From Planctomycetota bacterium (GTDB lineage Bacteria > Planctomycetota > UBA11346): DNA of 64,000 bases. The translations under genes were made by a program, and so were the position numbers. The notes under the pieces were generated by a model, which was not told the DNA's origin, ran no database searches, and saw nothing but the letters and a program-made list of their open reading frames with translations. Location of the stretch: contig JBBRLJ010000015.1 in the NCBI GenBank assembly GCA_038231435.1, positions 1 to 64,000 on the forward strand. Reading direction: 5' to 3'. Below are positions 18,387 to 29,174 of the stretch, piece after piece (position 1 is the first letter of the stretch; each line of letters starts with the position of its first letter).

Positions 18387-18787
18387 GCCTGGTTCCCCTC
18401 GAGCGCCTCACGCAGCTCCTTGGGGATGGGGATCTTGGCCGCGGTGTGGGGATCGATCGTGACCATGACCACGGTGCTCGAGCCGACCTCGACGCTGCGC
18501 TGGTTGCGGATGGCGATGGTGTTGGTGAACGAGGTGGTGCCGACCCGCGTGGTGATCAGGCGCATCTCGAGCTGGTCGCCGAGTTCTATCGGCGCCTTGA
18601 AATCCGACTCGGCGTGGACCACCACCGCCACGAAGCGCGCGAGCTGGCGGTTCTTCGCCATGGCCAGGCCCTCGGATGCCAGCCATGCCTGGAAGACGTC
18701 GTGGCAGAACATGAATTGGTTGGCGAAGAAGAGGATGCCGTAGGCGTCGGTGTGGTGCAGTTGGACGGTCATCGAGAAGGTGAACAT
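18383..18787 (-). CDS. Hotdog-fold acyl-CoA thioesterase (4HBT/YbgC-like)
   Basis: HTDAYGILFFAN motif, VVHAESDFKAP, VGTTSF. Confidence 0.88.
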   Translation of the reverse strand: MFTFSMTVQLHHTDAYGILFFANQFMFCHDVFQAWLASEGLAMAKNRQLARFVAVVVHAESDFKAPIELGDQLEMRLITTRVGTTSFTNTIAIRNQRSVEVGSSTVVMVTIDPHTAAKIPIPKELREALEGNQA

Positions 18788-19038
18788 GGATCAGCCTCGA
18801 TAGCCCGGAGCTGCGGTGGACGCAAGGACAAACGACCGTCACGGACGCCGCCTGGGGCGGTTTTATGAACCGTGATCGAGGCTGGATCCGGGGGAGAAGA
18901 CCTCGCATGGTGCTTACCCTCGGGTTGTACCATTTCCCGCTTTCGGGGATGGTTCGACAATCGGCCACACCGTGCAAAGCAGATGCTATTTCTTGTGGGA
19001 ACAGGGTTTTGGATGTATCCTCCGGTGGGAGTCCAGCT

Positions 19039-20904
19039 ATGGACTGGCAGCAGCGCAACGCGCCGCGCATCTCATTTTCGACACTTCCCGAGCTGCTGCA
19101 GTCGGTGCTCGCCAGCTTCGCGGGAAGCTACGCCTTCAACTACCGCGAGGCCGGCTACTGGCGCAGCGTGTCGACCGAGCAGTTCTGCGAGCAGGTGCGC
19201 CGCACCAGCCTGGGCCTGTGGCGCCTCGGCCTGCGCCATGGCGAGTCGGTCGGCATCCTCGCCGCGCCCTCGCCCACCTGGCTGATCGCCGATCTCGCGA
19301 TCATGTGCGCGGGCGGGGTCTCGGTGCCGCTCTTCCCGAACCTCTCAGACGACAACCTGGCATTCGAGTCGCGCAATTCGGGCATGCGCTTCTTGATCGT
19401 GGTCGGCGACGAGCAGTGGCAGGTGGCCTCGCGGCACGCAGGCATCTTCGACAAGATCATCGTCAAGGGCGTGGTCTCGCCGCACGGCCGCAACGTGATC
19501 GATCACAAGGCGCTGCTCGAGCTCGGCGACAAGGCGTCTGAACAGGATGCTGGGCTCTACAGCAGGATCAGGCAGCAGGTCCAGCCGACCGACGTCGCGA
19601 CCATCATCCACACCAGCGGCTCGACGGGCGTGCCCAAGGGCGTGGTGCTGACGCACCGCAACCTGATATCTCAGGTGCATGGCGCGATGGAGCGCTTCCC
19701 GGTCGACCCCGCCCACGATCGCGCCTTCAGCTGTCTGCCGCTCGCGCACGTCTTCGAGCGCATGGTGATGTACAACTACGTCGCCCAGGGCGTGCCGGTG
19801 TATTTTGCCGACGACATCAAGAAGATCGGCGAACTGATGCGCGAGGTCAAGCCGACGGTGATGACCATGGTGCCGCGCCTGATCGAGAAGCTGCACGCGC
19901 GCATCGAGAAGCAGGTCGCGGACGCACACGGCTTCAAGAAACGCCTCGGCCGCTGGGCTCTGGACATGGCCGGCGAGGAGGCCCCCGCTGCGCACCACGG
20001 CTGGTCGGTCGGCGTCGCCGACGCGCTGGTCTACAAGAAGCTGCGCGCCGCGCTCGGCGGCAACCTGCGCTACCTGGTGGTGGGCGGAGCCGCGCTCGCG
20101 CCCAGCCTCGAGCGCTTCCTGCGCAACGTCGGCCTGCCGGTGTTCGTCGGCTACGGGCTCACCGAGGCTTCGCCCTGCCTGGCGGTGAACTGCCCCGAGC
20201 ACTGCAAGCCAGGCAGCGTCGGCAAGATCTACCCCGGCGTCGAGGTGCGCATCGGCGAAAAGGGCGAGATCCTCGCCCGCGGCCCCAACATCATGCGTGG
20301 GTACCACAACGACGAAGTGGCCACGCGCAAGGCGATCGACCCCGAGGGCTGGCTGCATACTGGCGACATCGGCGAGCTCGACGCCGACGGTTTCCTCTCG
20401 ATCACCGGTCGCATCAAGGAGCAGTTCAAGACCTCGAACGGCAAGTACGTCTGTCCGGTGCCGATCGAGCAGGCCCTCGCCGATCACGAGCTCGTCGACC
20501 TGGCGATGGTCGTCGCCGAGAGCCGCCGCTTCGTCTCGTGCCTGCTATTCCCGGATCTTGAGGCCGTCCACCGCCGCAAGGCGGCACTCGGCAAGGGCCT
20601 GGTCAGCGACGAGACGTTCCTGGCCTCGCCCGAGATCTCCGCCGAGATCGACGCGCACATCGCCACGGTGAACGCCAAGCTCGATCACTGGGAGCAGATC
20701 CGGCGCTGGCGCATGGTGCTTGACGCCCCGACCGTCGAAGGCGACGAGCTGACCCCAACCATGAAGCTGCGCCGCCACATCGTTGCCGAGCGCAACAAGG
20801 ACCTCATCGAATCCATGTACGCCGGACCGGAGGAGGGCAGCGACGCCCCCGCCGCGAAGGCATCGCCGGCACGCCCCGCTCTCGCGGGAAAGGACAAGCC
20901 ATGA
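19039..20904 (+). CDS. fadD: Long-chain fatty acid--CoA ligase
   Basis: HTSGSTGVPKG, LPLAHVFER, GYGLTE, GWLHTGDIG, LTPTMKLRR. Confidence 0.93.
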   Translation: MDWQQRNAPRISFSTLPELLQSVLASFAGSYAFNYREAGYWRSVSTEQFCEQVRRTSLGLWRLGLRHGESVGILAAPSPTWLIADLAIMCAGGVSVPLFPNLSDDNLAFESRNSGMRFLIVVGDEQWQVASRHAGIFDKIIVKGVVSPHGRNVIDHKALLELGDKASEQDAGLYSRIRQQVQPTDVATIIHTSGSTGVPKGVVLTHRNLISQVHGAMERFPVDPAHDRAFSCLPLAHVFERMVMYNYVAQGVPVYFADDIKKIGELMREVKPTVMTMVPRLIEKLHARIEKQVADAHGFKKRLGRWALDMAGEEAPAAHHGWSVGVADALVYKKLRAALGGNLRYLVVGGAALAPSLERFLRNVGLPVFVGYGLTEASPCLAVNCPEHCKPGSVGKIYPGVEVRIGEKGEILARGPNIMRGYHNDEVATRKAIDPEGWLHTGDIGELDADGFLSITGRIKEQFKTSNGKYVCPVPIEQALADHELVDLAMVVAESRRFVSCLLFPDLEAVHRRKAALGKGLVSDETFLASPEISAEIDAHIATVNAKLDHWEQIRRWRMVLDAPTVEGDELTPTMKLRRHIVAERNKDLIESMYAGPEEGSDAPAAKASPARPALAGKDKP

Positions 20905-22190
20905 GAGAACGCCTGGCGATCATCGACGGACTGCGCACGCCCTTCTGCAAGGCGGGCGGCCCGCTCGCGGGTTCATCGGCGGATGATCTCGCGGCGCGCG
21001 CCCTGCGTGAGCTGCTGGTGCGCACCGACTTCCCGGTCAACCGCATCGACGAGGTGATCGTCGGCAACGTCGCCCAGCCCATCGAGGCCGCCAACGTCGC
21101 GCGCGTGATCGCGCTGAAGGCGGGATTGCCGATCACCACCATCGCCTCGACCGTGCATCGCAATTGCGCGTCGGGCATGGAAGCGATCACCACCGCCGCG
21201 AACCGCATCTTCTCCGGCGAGGGCGAGATCTACCTCGCGGTCGGCACCGAATCGATGTCCAACATCCCGCTGATCTACGGCCGCAAGATGACCCAGCTGT
21301 TCGGGAATCTGATGAAGGCGAAGACCTTCGGCCAGAAGCTGCAGACCTGGATGGGCTTCCGGCCGCAGTACCTGACGCCGATCATCGGCGTGCAGGTTGG
21401 ATTGACCGACCCGGTGTGCGGACTGAACATGGGTCAGACCGCCGAGATCCTGGCGCGCGAATTCCACGCCTCCCGCCAAGACCAGGACGAGTACGCGCTG
21501 ATGAGCCACCAGCGCGCGCTCAAGGCCCAGGCCGAGGGCCGGCTGGGCGAGGAGATCATCCCGATCCCGGTGCCACCCAAATACGATGCGATGCAGTCGG
21601 CGGACGATGGCCCGCGCGCCAACCAGGACCTGGCCGCGCTGGCGAAGCTGAAGCCGTACTTCGACAAGGTCGCGGGCACGGTCACGGTCGGCAACGCCTG
21701 CCCGCTGACCGACGGCGCCGCCGCGGTGCTGGTGATGAGCGAGTCGAAGGCCAAGGAGCTCGGACTGAAGCCGCTGGGCTACCTGCGCGAGTACGCCTAC
21801 GCCGCGGTCGAAGGCCGGCGCATGGGCATCGGGCCAGTGCACGCCACCGCCAAGCTGCTCGACAAGACCGGCTTGGCGATGCGCGACTTCGACCTCATCG
21901 AGCTCAATGAGGCGTTCGCGGCCCAGGTCATCGCCTGCGAGCGCGCCTTCGCGTCCGACGACTACGCGCGCAAGCATTTCGGCCGCGACAAGGCGCTGGG
22001 CGCGATCGATCGCGATCGGCTCAACGTCAACGGCGGAGCGATCGCGCTCGGCCATCCGGTGGGCGCGACCGGTGCCCGGCTGGTGATCACGCTGCTGCGG
22101 GAGCTGCGCCGCCGTGGCATGCAGCGCGGCCTGGCCACGTTGTGCATCGGTGGCGGCCAGGGCGCGGCCCTGGCGATCGAGGCCGCCTAG
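20901..22190 (+). CDS. fadI: Acetyl-CoA C-acyltransferase (3-ketoacyl-CoA thiolase)
   Basis: [28 protein letters not shown] overlap with fadD. Confidence 0.92.
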   Translation: MRERLAIIDGLRTPFCKAGGPLAGSSADDLAARALRELLVRTDFPVNRIDEVIVGNVAQPIEAANVARVIALKAGLPITTIASTVHRNCASGMEAITTAANRIFSGEGEIYLAVGTESMSNIPLIYGRKMTQLFGNLMKAKTFGQKLQTWMGFRPQYLTPIIGVQVGLTDPVCGLNMGQTAEILAREFHASRQDQDEYALMSHQRALKAQAEGRLGEEIIPIPVPPKYDAMQSADDGPRANQDLAALAKLKPYFDKVAGTVTVGNACPLTDGAAAVLVMSESKAKELGLKPLGYLREYAYAAVEGRRMGIGPVHATAKLLDKTGLAMRDFDLIELNEAFAAQVIACERAFASDDYARKHFGRDKALGAIDRDRLNVNGGAIALGHPVGATGARLVITLLRELRRRGMQRGLATLCIGGGQGAALAIEAA

Positions 22191-22271
22191 TCGAGTCGAG
22201 CAGTGTCTGGTCTCAGTCGGAAGGTGGGTGGGTTGTCGTCGTGGACTATCTGGGGCATGGAAGGATCGCAC

Positions 22272-24542
22272 ATGGCTGAACACATGGCTGGCAACGCAAT
22301 CAGGACCGCCGAGGCCGACTCCGTCGAGGGTCGCCATGACGTCGGCACCGGTGTCGTGCGCAGGAACGACAAGCCTGCCTTCACGCTGAGCGTGGACGGC
22401 GAAGGCGTCGGCAAGGTGGTCTTCGATCTGCCCGGCGAGAAGGTGAACAAGTTCTCGGCGTCGGTCATCCTCGAGCTCGGTGATCTGCTCGACGCGTTGG
22501 CGAAACGCGCCGACATCAAGGTCCTGGCGTTCGTCAGCGGCAAGCCAGACGTGTTCATCGCCGGCGCGGATATCCGCGAGCTGCAGAACATCACCATCGC
22601 CGCCGACGCGGTGGCCAAGGCGCGTGCCGGGCAGCTGCTCTTCCAGCGCGTCCACGACCTGCCCTTCCCCACCATCGCGGTCATCGACGGAGCCTGCCTG
22701 GGCGGCGGCTGCGAGTTCGCGCTCGCGTGCAGCTTCCGTCTGGCCACCGACGCCGAGAAGACCTCTATCGGACTGCCCGAGGTGACCCTCGGCATCCTGC
22801 CCGGATGGGGCGGCACGCAGCGCCTGCCGCGCCTGGTCGGGCCGAAGCAGGCGCTCGACATGATCCTCGCAGGCAAGCCGCTCAATGGGCCGAAGGCGTT
22901 CAAGGCGGGTCTCGCCGACGCCTGCGTCGCGCGCGCCTTCCTCGACATCGAACTGCCGCGCTTCATCGCGCGCTGCTTGACCTCGGAAGGGCGCGACGCC
23001 CTGCGCGCGAACCGCAAGCCGCACGGCACTTCGAAGATGCTCGAAGGCAATCCCTTCGGGCGGATGTTGCTGTACCGCGGCGCGAGGAAGCTGCTGCGCA
23101 AGAAGTCGCGCGGCATGCCCGCGCCGTTCAAGGCGCTCGAAGTGGTGCGTCAGACCTACGGTGGCGGCATCGAGGCTGGGCTGCAGCGCGAGGCCGAGGC
23201 GTTCTCCGAGCTCGCGCCGACCAGCGAATGCAAATGCCTGATCGACTGCTTCTTCGCCAGCGAGGCGCTGAAGAAGATCGAGGCGCCGAAATCCGGCAGC
23301 GATCCAGCCAAGGCCATGACCAGCGCAGCGGTGCTCGGCGCGGGCGTGATGGGCGGCGGCATCGCCTGGCTGTTCGCCGACCGTGACCTGGCGGTGCGGG
23401 TGAAGGACATCTCGTGGGATGCGGTCGCCAAGGCCTTCCACACCGCGAACGAGTACAACCGCGCCCTGGTCAAGATCCGCAAGCTCAAGGAGGGAGACGC
23501 CTCGGTGCGCATGCAGCGCATCTCAGGCACGGTCGACTTCAACGGCTTCCGCCACGCCGACGTGATCGTCGAGGCGGTGGTCGAGGACATGGGCGTGAAG
23601 AAGAAGGTGCTTGCCGAGCTCGAGAACCACGTGCGCGACGAGGCCTTCATCGCCAGCAACACCTCATCGCTGTCGATCGGCGAGATGGGCCGCGCGCTGA
23701 GGCATCCCGAGCGTTTCGTCGGCATGCATTTCTTCAATCCGGTCAACCGCATGCCGCTGGTCGAGGTCATCCCCGGCGCCGCTTCGAGCCCCGAGGCGGT
23801 GGCCGCCATCGTCGCGCTCTCGCGCCGGCTCGGCAAGACCGCGGTGGTGGTGAAGGACTGCCCTGGATTCCTGGTCAACCGCATCCTGTTGCCATACATG
23901 AACGAGGCCGCTTGGATGCTCCAGGAAGGCGGCGATCTCGAGCTCATCGACAAGGTCATGTACCGCTTCGGCATGCCGATGGGTCCGTTCACCCTGACCG
24001 ACGAGGTCGGCATCGACGTCGGCGCCAAGGTCGCGAAGATCCTGGCCATGGGCTACGGCGAGCGCATGAACGTGGCTCCCGTCCTCGAGCACATCTCGCA
24101 CGATCTGAAGCTGCTGGGGGCGAAGGCGAAGCGCGGCTTCTATCTGCACCAGGACAAGGGCAGGCGCGTGCCTAACCCTGAGATCTCGCCTGCCGTGAAG
24201 TCGGTGCGTGACAAGCTGGGCGTCACTCCCCGGGCCTTGACCCCCGAGGAGATCCTCGACCGCTGCATGCTGACCATGGTGAACGAGTCCGCACGCTGCC
24301 TCGAGGAGAAGGTCATCGCCAAGCCAGCCTTCCTCGACCTCGCCATGGTCATGGGTACCGGTTTCCCGCCGCAGCGCGGTGGACCGTTGCACTACGCCGA
24401 CCAGCTTGGCGTGAAGACCGTGGTCGATCGCCTGCGCCGCCTACAGGATCGCCACGGCATGCGCTTCAAGCCATCAGAGCTGTTGGTGGGCATGGCCGCC
24501 CGCGGTGACCGCTTCTTCAGCCCTGCCTCCGTTGACGGCTGA
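22272..24542 (+). CDS. fadJ: Multifunctional enoyl-CoA hydratase/3-hydroxyacyl-CoA dehydrogenase (trifunctional alpha subunit)
   Basis: FIAGADI, GGGCEFALAC, GLPEV..GILPGWGGTQRLPRL, GAGVMGGGIA, ASNTSSL, GMHFFNP. Confidence 0.93.
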   Translation: MAEHMAGNAIRTAEADSVEGRHDVGTGVVRRNDKPAFTLSVDGEGVGKVVFDLPGEKVNKFSASVILELGDLLDALAKRADIKVLAFVSGKPDVFIAGADIRELQNITIAADAVAKARAGQLLFQRVHDLPFPTIAVIDGACLGGGCEFALACSFRLATDAEKTSIGLPEVTLGILPGWGGTQRLPRLVGPKQALDMILAGKPLNGPKAFKAGLADACVARAFLDIELPRFIARCLTSEGRDALRANRKPHGTSKMLEGNPFGRMLLYRGARKLLRKKSRGMPAPFKALEVVRQTYGGGIEAGLQREAEAFSELAPTSECKCLIDCFFASEALKKIEAPKSGSDPAKAMTSAAVLGAGVMGGGIAWLFADRDLAVRVKDISWDAVAKAFHTANEYNRALVKIRKLKEGDASVRMQRISGTVDFNGFRHADVIVEAVVEDMGVKKKVLAELENHVRDEAFIASNTSSLSIGEMGRALRHPERFVGMHFFNPVNRMPLVEVIPGAASSPEAVAAIVALSRRLGKTAVVVKDCPGFLVNRILLPYMNEAAWMLQEGGDLELIDKVMYRFGMPMGPFTLTDEVGIDVGAKVAKILAMGYGERMNVAPVLEHISHDLKLLGAKAKRGFYLHQDKGRRVPNPEISPAVKSVRDKLGVTPRALTPEEILDRCMLTMVNESARCLEEKVIAKPAFLDLAMVMGTGFPPQRGGPLHYADQLGVKTVVDRLRRLQDRHGMRFKPSELLVGMAARGDRFFSPASVDG

Positions 24543-24610
24543 TCGTCCTGTTCCGTCCATCTCTTTCCAAGTTTTCGAAGCTTGCGACCCGCTGAACCAG
24601 GGAGAAACCC

Positions 24611-26578
24611 ATGCCTGCCGACCTCGACCAGAAGAAGAACGACGAGAAGAAGGCCGAACAGTCCGGCGCCGCCCGCGACCACGCCAAGCGCCACCAGGAC
24701 GGCGACCAGGAGATGGTCATCGACACCTCGAAGATGAGCGAGGACAAGCGCCAGGCGATGGAGGTCGCGGAATCGGCACGCGAGTCGCAGTGGACCAAGG
24801 CCAGCTTCGCCCAGCAGCTGTTCATGGGCACCTTCGACACCTCGTCATTCAAGAAGTTCCCGCGTCAGACGCCCGAGGACAAGAAGATCGGCGATGAGTT
24901 CGTGGCCAAGGTCGAGGCCTTCCTCCTGGCCAACCTCGACGCCGAGGAAGTCGACGCCAGCCGCACCATCCCCGACCACGTCATCAAGGGCCTGTTCGAG
25001 ATGGGCGTGTTCGCGATGAAGGTGCCGAAGGAGTACGACGGCCTCGGCTTCTCGCAGGTCAACTACAACCGCACCATGATGATGATCGCCAGCCACTGCG
25101 GTTCGACCGCGGTGCTGGTCTCGGCTCACCAGTCGATCGGCGTGCCGCAGCCGCTGAAGCTCTTCGGCACCGAGGCGCAGAAGAAGCAGTGGTTCCCGCG
25201 CTTCCGCAAGAACGCCATCTCGGCCTTCGCGCTCACCGAGCCCTCGGTCGGCTCGGACCCCTCGAAGATGATCACCACCGCGACCAAGACGCCGGACGGG
25301 AAGCACTTCCTGATCAATGGCGAGAAGCTGTGGTGCACCAACGGCCCGATCGCCGACCTCATCGTCGTGATGTGCAAGACCGACCCGAAGATCGTCAACG
25401 GCAAGGAGCGCCAGCAGATCACCGCCATGGTGGTCGAGAAATCGATGCCTGGCATCGTGGTCACCCACCGCTGCGATTTCATGGGCATCCGCGCCATCCA
25501 GAACGGCCTGATCAAGTTCAACGACGTGAAGGTACCGGTCGAGAACGTGCTCTGGGGCGAGGGCAAGGGCCTCAAGCTCGCGCTGACCACGCTCAACACC
25601 GGCCGCCTGACCCTGCCCGCCGCGTGCACCGGCATGGCCAAGCAGTGCCTATCGATCTGCCGCCGCTGGGGCAACGAGCGCGTGCAGTGGGGCCTGCCAA
25701 TCGGCCAGCACGAGGCGGGCCGGGAAAAACTCGCCTTCATCTCATCGACCACCCTGGCCATGGAGGCGGTCAGCTGGCTGACCTCGCATTGGGCCGATCA
25801 GCACGACGTGGACATCCGCATCGAGGCGGCGATGGCCAAGCTCTTCTGCTCGGAGATGGCCTGGAAGATCGTCGACATGACCATGCAGATGCGCGGCGGA
25901 CGGGGCTATGAGAAGGCCTCGTCGCTCAAGGGGCGCGGCGAAGCGCCGTATCCGGTCGAGCGCATGATGCGCGACTGCCGCATCAACATGATCATCGAGG
26001 GCACCTCCGAGATCATGAAGCTGTTCCTTGCGCGCGAGGCGATGGATCCGCACCTCAAGCTAGCGACCGACATCCTGAAGAACAATCCGGTCGGCGTGAA
26101 GATGAAGGCCGGCGCGAAGCTCGCGTCGTTCTACAGCGGTTGGTACCTCAATCAGTGGGTGAACTCGAGCCTGTGGTCGCAGCACGACGAGATGGGCGCG
26201 CTCGCCAGCCATTACCAGTACGCGCACTCGACCGCCCACCGTTTGGCGCGAACGATCTTCCACTACATGGGCCTCTACCGCGACAAACTCGAGCGCAAGC
26301 AGGTCATCCTCGGCCATCTGATGGACATCGGCACCGAGCTGTTCGCCATGGCCGCGACCTGCAGCTACGCCAAGGCGCTCTCCGACGAAGGCCAGGGCCA
26401 GACGCCGATCGCGCTCGCGGATCTCTTCTGTCGCGACGCCGCGCGCCGCGTCGAGCACCACTTCAAGTCGCTGGGCAACAACGACGACAAGCTGATGAAC
26501 TCGGTGGCCAAGCAGGTGCTGGCAGGCGATATGAAGTGGCTCGAGCAGGGCATCGCCTGGGTCGGCCCGAAGGACTGA
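24611..26578 (+). CDS. fadE: Long-form acyl-CoA dehydrogenase (VLCAD/ACAD9-like)
   Basis: AFALTEPSVGSD, NGEKLWCTNG, LNTGR, GGRGYE, RINMIIEGTSEI. Confidence 0.92.
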   Translation: MPADLDQKKNDEKKAEQSGAARDHAKRHQDGDQEMVIDTSKMSEDKRQAMEVAESARESQWTKASFAQQLFMGTFDTSSFKKFPRQTPEDKKIGDEFVAKVEAFLLANLDAEEVDASRTIPDHVIKGLFEMGVFAMKVPKEYDGLGFSQVNYNRTMMMIASHCGSTAVLVSAHQSIGVPQPLKLFGTEAQKKQWFPRFRKNAISAFALTEPSVGSDPSKMITTATKTPDGKHFLINGEKLWCTNGPIADLIVVMCKTDPKIVNGKERQQITAMVVEKSMPGIVVTHRCDFMGIRAIQNGLIKFNDVKVPVENVLWGEGKGLKLALTTLNTGRLTLPAACTGMAKQCLSICRRWGNERVQWGLPIGQHEAGREKLAFISSTTLAMEAVSWLTSHWADQHDVDIRIEAAMAKLFCSEMAWKIVDMTMQMRGGRGYEKASSLKGRGEAPYPVERMMRDCRINMIIEGTSEIMKLFLAREAMDPHLKLATDILKNNPVGVKMKAGAKLASFYSGWYLNQWVNSSLWSQHDEMGALASHYQYAHSTAHRLARTIFHYMGLYRDKLERKQVILGHLMDIGTELFAMAATCSYAKALSDEGQGQTPIALADLFCRDAARRVEHHFKSLGNNDDKLMNSVAKQVLAGDMKWLEQGIAWVGPKD

Positions 26579-26632
26579 CGGCGATGCAGGCCATCGAGTC
26601 GCTCCGCGCAGAGTCACATCCATGGTGACGCG

Positions 26633-28984
26633 ATGACCACCGGCCCTCTCGAGCCGGGCCGCAGCGGCGAATTCGCCGTCACCCCCGGCAGCCCGTCGGG
26701 GGCGACGCCGCCGAAGACCGCTGCAGGCAAGTCCGATCGCGTCGGGCCGGGGCCATGGCAGGAGTCGGGCACGTACACTCGGCGCGCCACCGGCGTGGCG
26801 ATCCGTGTACTCGAATCGCTGCTGTCCTCGCACTTCCGCGTGGAGGGAACGCAAAACCTCGGCCGTGGTCCGATCCTGTTCGTCGCCAACCATTTTACCC
26901 GTTTCGAGACCTTCGTCCTGCCGTACATCATCGACCGCTACGCACGTCGGAATGTGCATTCGCTCGCGCACCACTCGCTGTTCCGCGGCCGCTTCGGCGC
27001 CTACCTGCGCTCGATGGGCGCGATGTCGACGCGAGACCCCGACGTGAAGCACGCGATCGTGCAGGACCTCATCCGCGGCGTGAACGACTGGGTCATCTAT
27101 CCCGAAGGGTCGATGATCAAGGACAAGAAGACTTGGGAGAAGGGCAAGTTCTCGATCAACAGTCCCGACCGCGTCGGACCGCCGCACACCGGCGCCGCGG
27201 TGCTGGCGTTGCAGGCTGAGATCTACAAGCAGCTGTACATCGACGCCTGCCAGCGGGGCGACACCGCGAAGATCCAGGATTACGAAAAGCGCTTCCATCT
27301 GTCGGGGATCGATTCGTTGCCGACCGAGCAGATGTCGGTGGTGCCGATCAACATCACGTATTATCCGATCCGGCCGAGCAAGAACCTGCTCTACCGGATC
27401 GCGCGTTTCATGCTCAAGGAGTTGCCGGCCCGGCTCGAGGACGAGTTGATGATCGAGGGCGGTCTGCTGCTCGACAAGACCGACATCAGCATCTATTTCG
27501 GCAAGCCGATCCAGCTCGAGCGCTACCGCGACCTGCTGTGGCCGGCGATCAAGGCCCTCGGCGACATGGACGAGGAGACCAAGGTCCGCACCATCATCGA
27601 TGCGCTGCGGCAGCGTCTGACCAACCGCTTCATGTCGGAGATCTACACCCGCCTGACCGTGAACTTCGACCACCTGTTCTGCTGCGGCCTGCGTGAGCTC
27701 GCTCGCGACAAGGTCGACCAGGAGGACTTCCATCTCGCGCTGTTCCTGGCCGCGCGCCAACTGCAGGCGTCGGGAAGCCGCCACCGCCACAAGAGTCTTG
27801 CCGGCAGGCTGCAATCGATCATTGCCGACGAGCCCAACCCGGTGCTCGAGAGCATCCGCGCGCTCGCGGTGGTCGAGGGCGTGGTCAAGGTCCGCGATCG
27901 TCACTACATCGTCGACCACGAGGCGCTCGACAAGGTTCACACCTTCCATGACATCCGCCTGAAGAACACGCTCGCGGTGATTGCCAACGAGCTCGAACCG
28001 CTGCGCGAGGTGGTGAAGAGCGTGCGTCAGCTGGTGAACCTGCCGCATGCGCAGCTGCGCGCCCGTGCCGCCGATATCCTGCGCGACGAGGACGAGCTGC
28101 TCTACGCCAAGGAGTACGCCGCCTGCGCGGCGACGCCGCATCGCAAGGATCCCGGCACCGGCATGCCGTTCTTCCTTCCTGGCAAGGAATCGCGGCTCGG
28201 CATCGTGCTTTCGCACGGGTACCTGGCCTCGCCAGGCGAGGTGCGCAAGCTCGCGGAACACCTGCAGAGCCTGGGCTACCCGGTCTACGTCGTGCGTCTC
28301 AAGGGCCACGGCACCTCGCCCGAGCACCTGCACACGGTGTCATGGAGCGACTGGCTCGAATCCTTCGACCGTGGCTACGCCTATATCCGCAATACCTGCC
28401 AGCACGTGGTGTGCGGCGGGTTCTCGACCGGCGGCCTGCTCGCACTGCTCGCCGCGGCGCGCAAGGGCGCGGCCGTCGCCGGCACCTTCGCCATCAATCC
28501 GCCGATGAAGCTGGTCGATCGCGCCAGCCATCTCGCGCCGATGGTGGATGGCTGGAACAAGCTGCTCGATCTCCTGCACATCCATCGCGGGCACATGGAT
28601 TACATCGAGAACCATCCTGAATGGCCGCTCACCAACTACGACCGCAACTATGTGCACGGGCTGCACGAGCTCGAGCGCCTGATGAGCGCGACGCGCGCAG
28701 AGCTCCCGCAGGTGGTGTCGCCGACGCTGGTGATCCAGGGCGACCACGATCCGGTCGTCGACGCCTCGAGCGGCGAGACCGTGCTCGGCCTGCTCGGCGC
28801 CGAGCACAAGGAGCTCGCGCGCATGTCCTTCGCGCGGCACTGCATCGTCCAGGGCGAGGGATCCGAGCAGGTCTACGCGCGGGTCGCCGAGTTCCTCGAG
28901 CAGGTCGATGGAGGTCTCGGCCGCAAACGCCCGCCGCGCAACGTCGCGGCCCGCCGCTCCGAACGGATACGCAGGATCTCTTGA
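26633..28984 (+). CDS. Fusion of a PlsC-like glycerolipid acyltransferase and an alpha/beta carboxylesterase
   Basis: N-terminal FVANHFTRFE and IYPEG blocks; C-terminal HGYL, GHGT, GFSTGG nucleophile elbow, QGDHDPVV and a terminal His. Confidence 0.88.
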   Translation: MTTGPLEPGRSGEFAVTPGSPSGATPPKTAAGKSDRVGPGPWQESGTYTRRATGVAIRVLESLLSSHFRVEGTQNLGRGPILFVANHFTRFETFVLPYIIDRYARRNVHSLAHHSLFRGRFGAYLRSMGAMSTRDPDVKHAIVQDLIRGVNDWVIYPEGSMIKDKKTWEKGKFSINSPDRVGPPHTGAAVLALQAEIYKQLYIDACQRGDTAKIQDYEKRFHLSGIDSLPTEQMSVVPINITYYPIRPSKNLLYRIARFMLKELPARLEDELMIEGGLLLDKTDISIYFGKPIQLERYRDLLWPAIKALGDMDEETKVRTIIDALRQRLTNRFMSEIYTRLTVNFDHLFCCGLRELARDKVDQEDFHLALFLAARQLQASGSRHRHKSLAGRLQSIIADEPNPVLESIRALAVVEGVVKVRDRHYIVDHEALDKVHTFHDIRLKNTLAVIANELEPLREVVKSVRQLVNLPHAQLRARAADILRDEDELLYAKEYAACAATPHRKDPGTGMPFFLPGKESRLGIVLSHGYLASPGEVRKLAEHLQSLGYPVYVVRLKGHGTSPEHLHTVSWSDWLESFDRGYAYIRNTCQHVVCGGFSTGGLLALLAAARKGAAVAGTFAINPPMKLVDRASHLAPMVDGWNKLLDLLHIHRGHMDYIENHPEWPLTNYDRNYVHGLHELERLMSATRAELPQVVSPTLVIQGDHDPVVDASSGETVLGLLGAEHKELARMSFARHCIVQGEGSEQVYARVAEFLEQVDGGLGRKRPPRNVAARRSERIRRIS

Positions 28985-28988
28985 TCAA

Positions 28989-29151
28989 GTAGAGGCGCTG
29001 CCCCTACGGCCCTATGGGCCTACCCCACGGGCTTTGTCGTGGTTCGATGTCGCGTGACGGCGACATCGTCGGCGGATGGGCTTCGCCCATTGTATCCGCC
29101 GACCACCCCTCGGCGCCCGGTTGCTTCGCAACGGATCGAGGGCGCAGCGTC
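28989..29151 (+). repeat. Structured intergenic repeat, subfamily B, copy B2 (core 29028-29119)
   Basis: GTAG...CTAC hairpins, then CGGGC-TTT-GTCG-TGGT-TC-[GATGTCGC..GCGACATC]-[GTCGGCGGA-TGGGCTTCGCCCA-TTGTA-TCCGCCGAC]-C-ACCC-CT-CGGC-GCCCG. Confidence 0.9.
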
Positions 29152-29174
29152 ATGTGGGGAACGGGGTCGATGTA

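Noticed and set aside
18974..18989. Sigma54 promoter TAGCATCTGCTTTGCA on the minus strand
   Set aside because: Lacks the invariant GG at -24, and no enhancer-binding protein is nearby.
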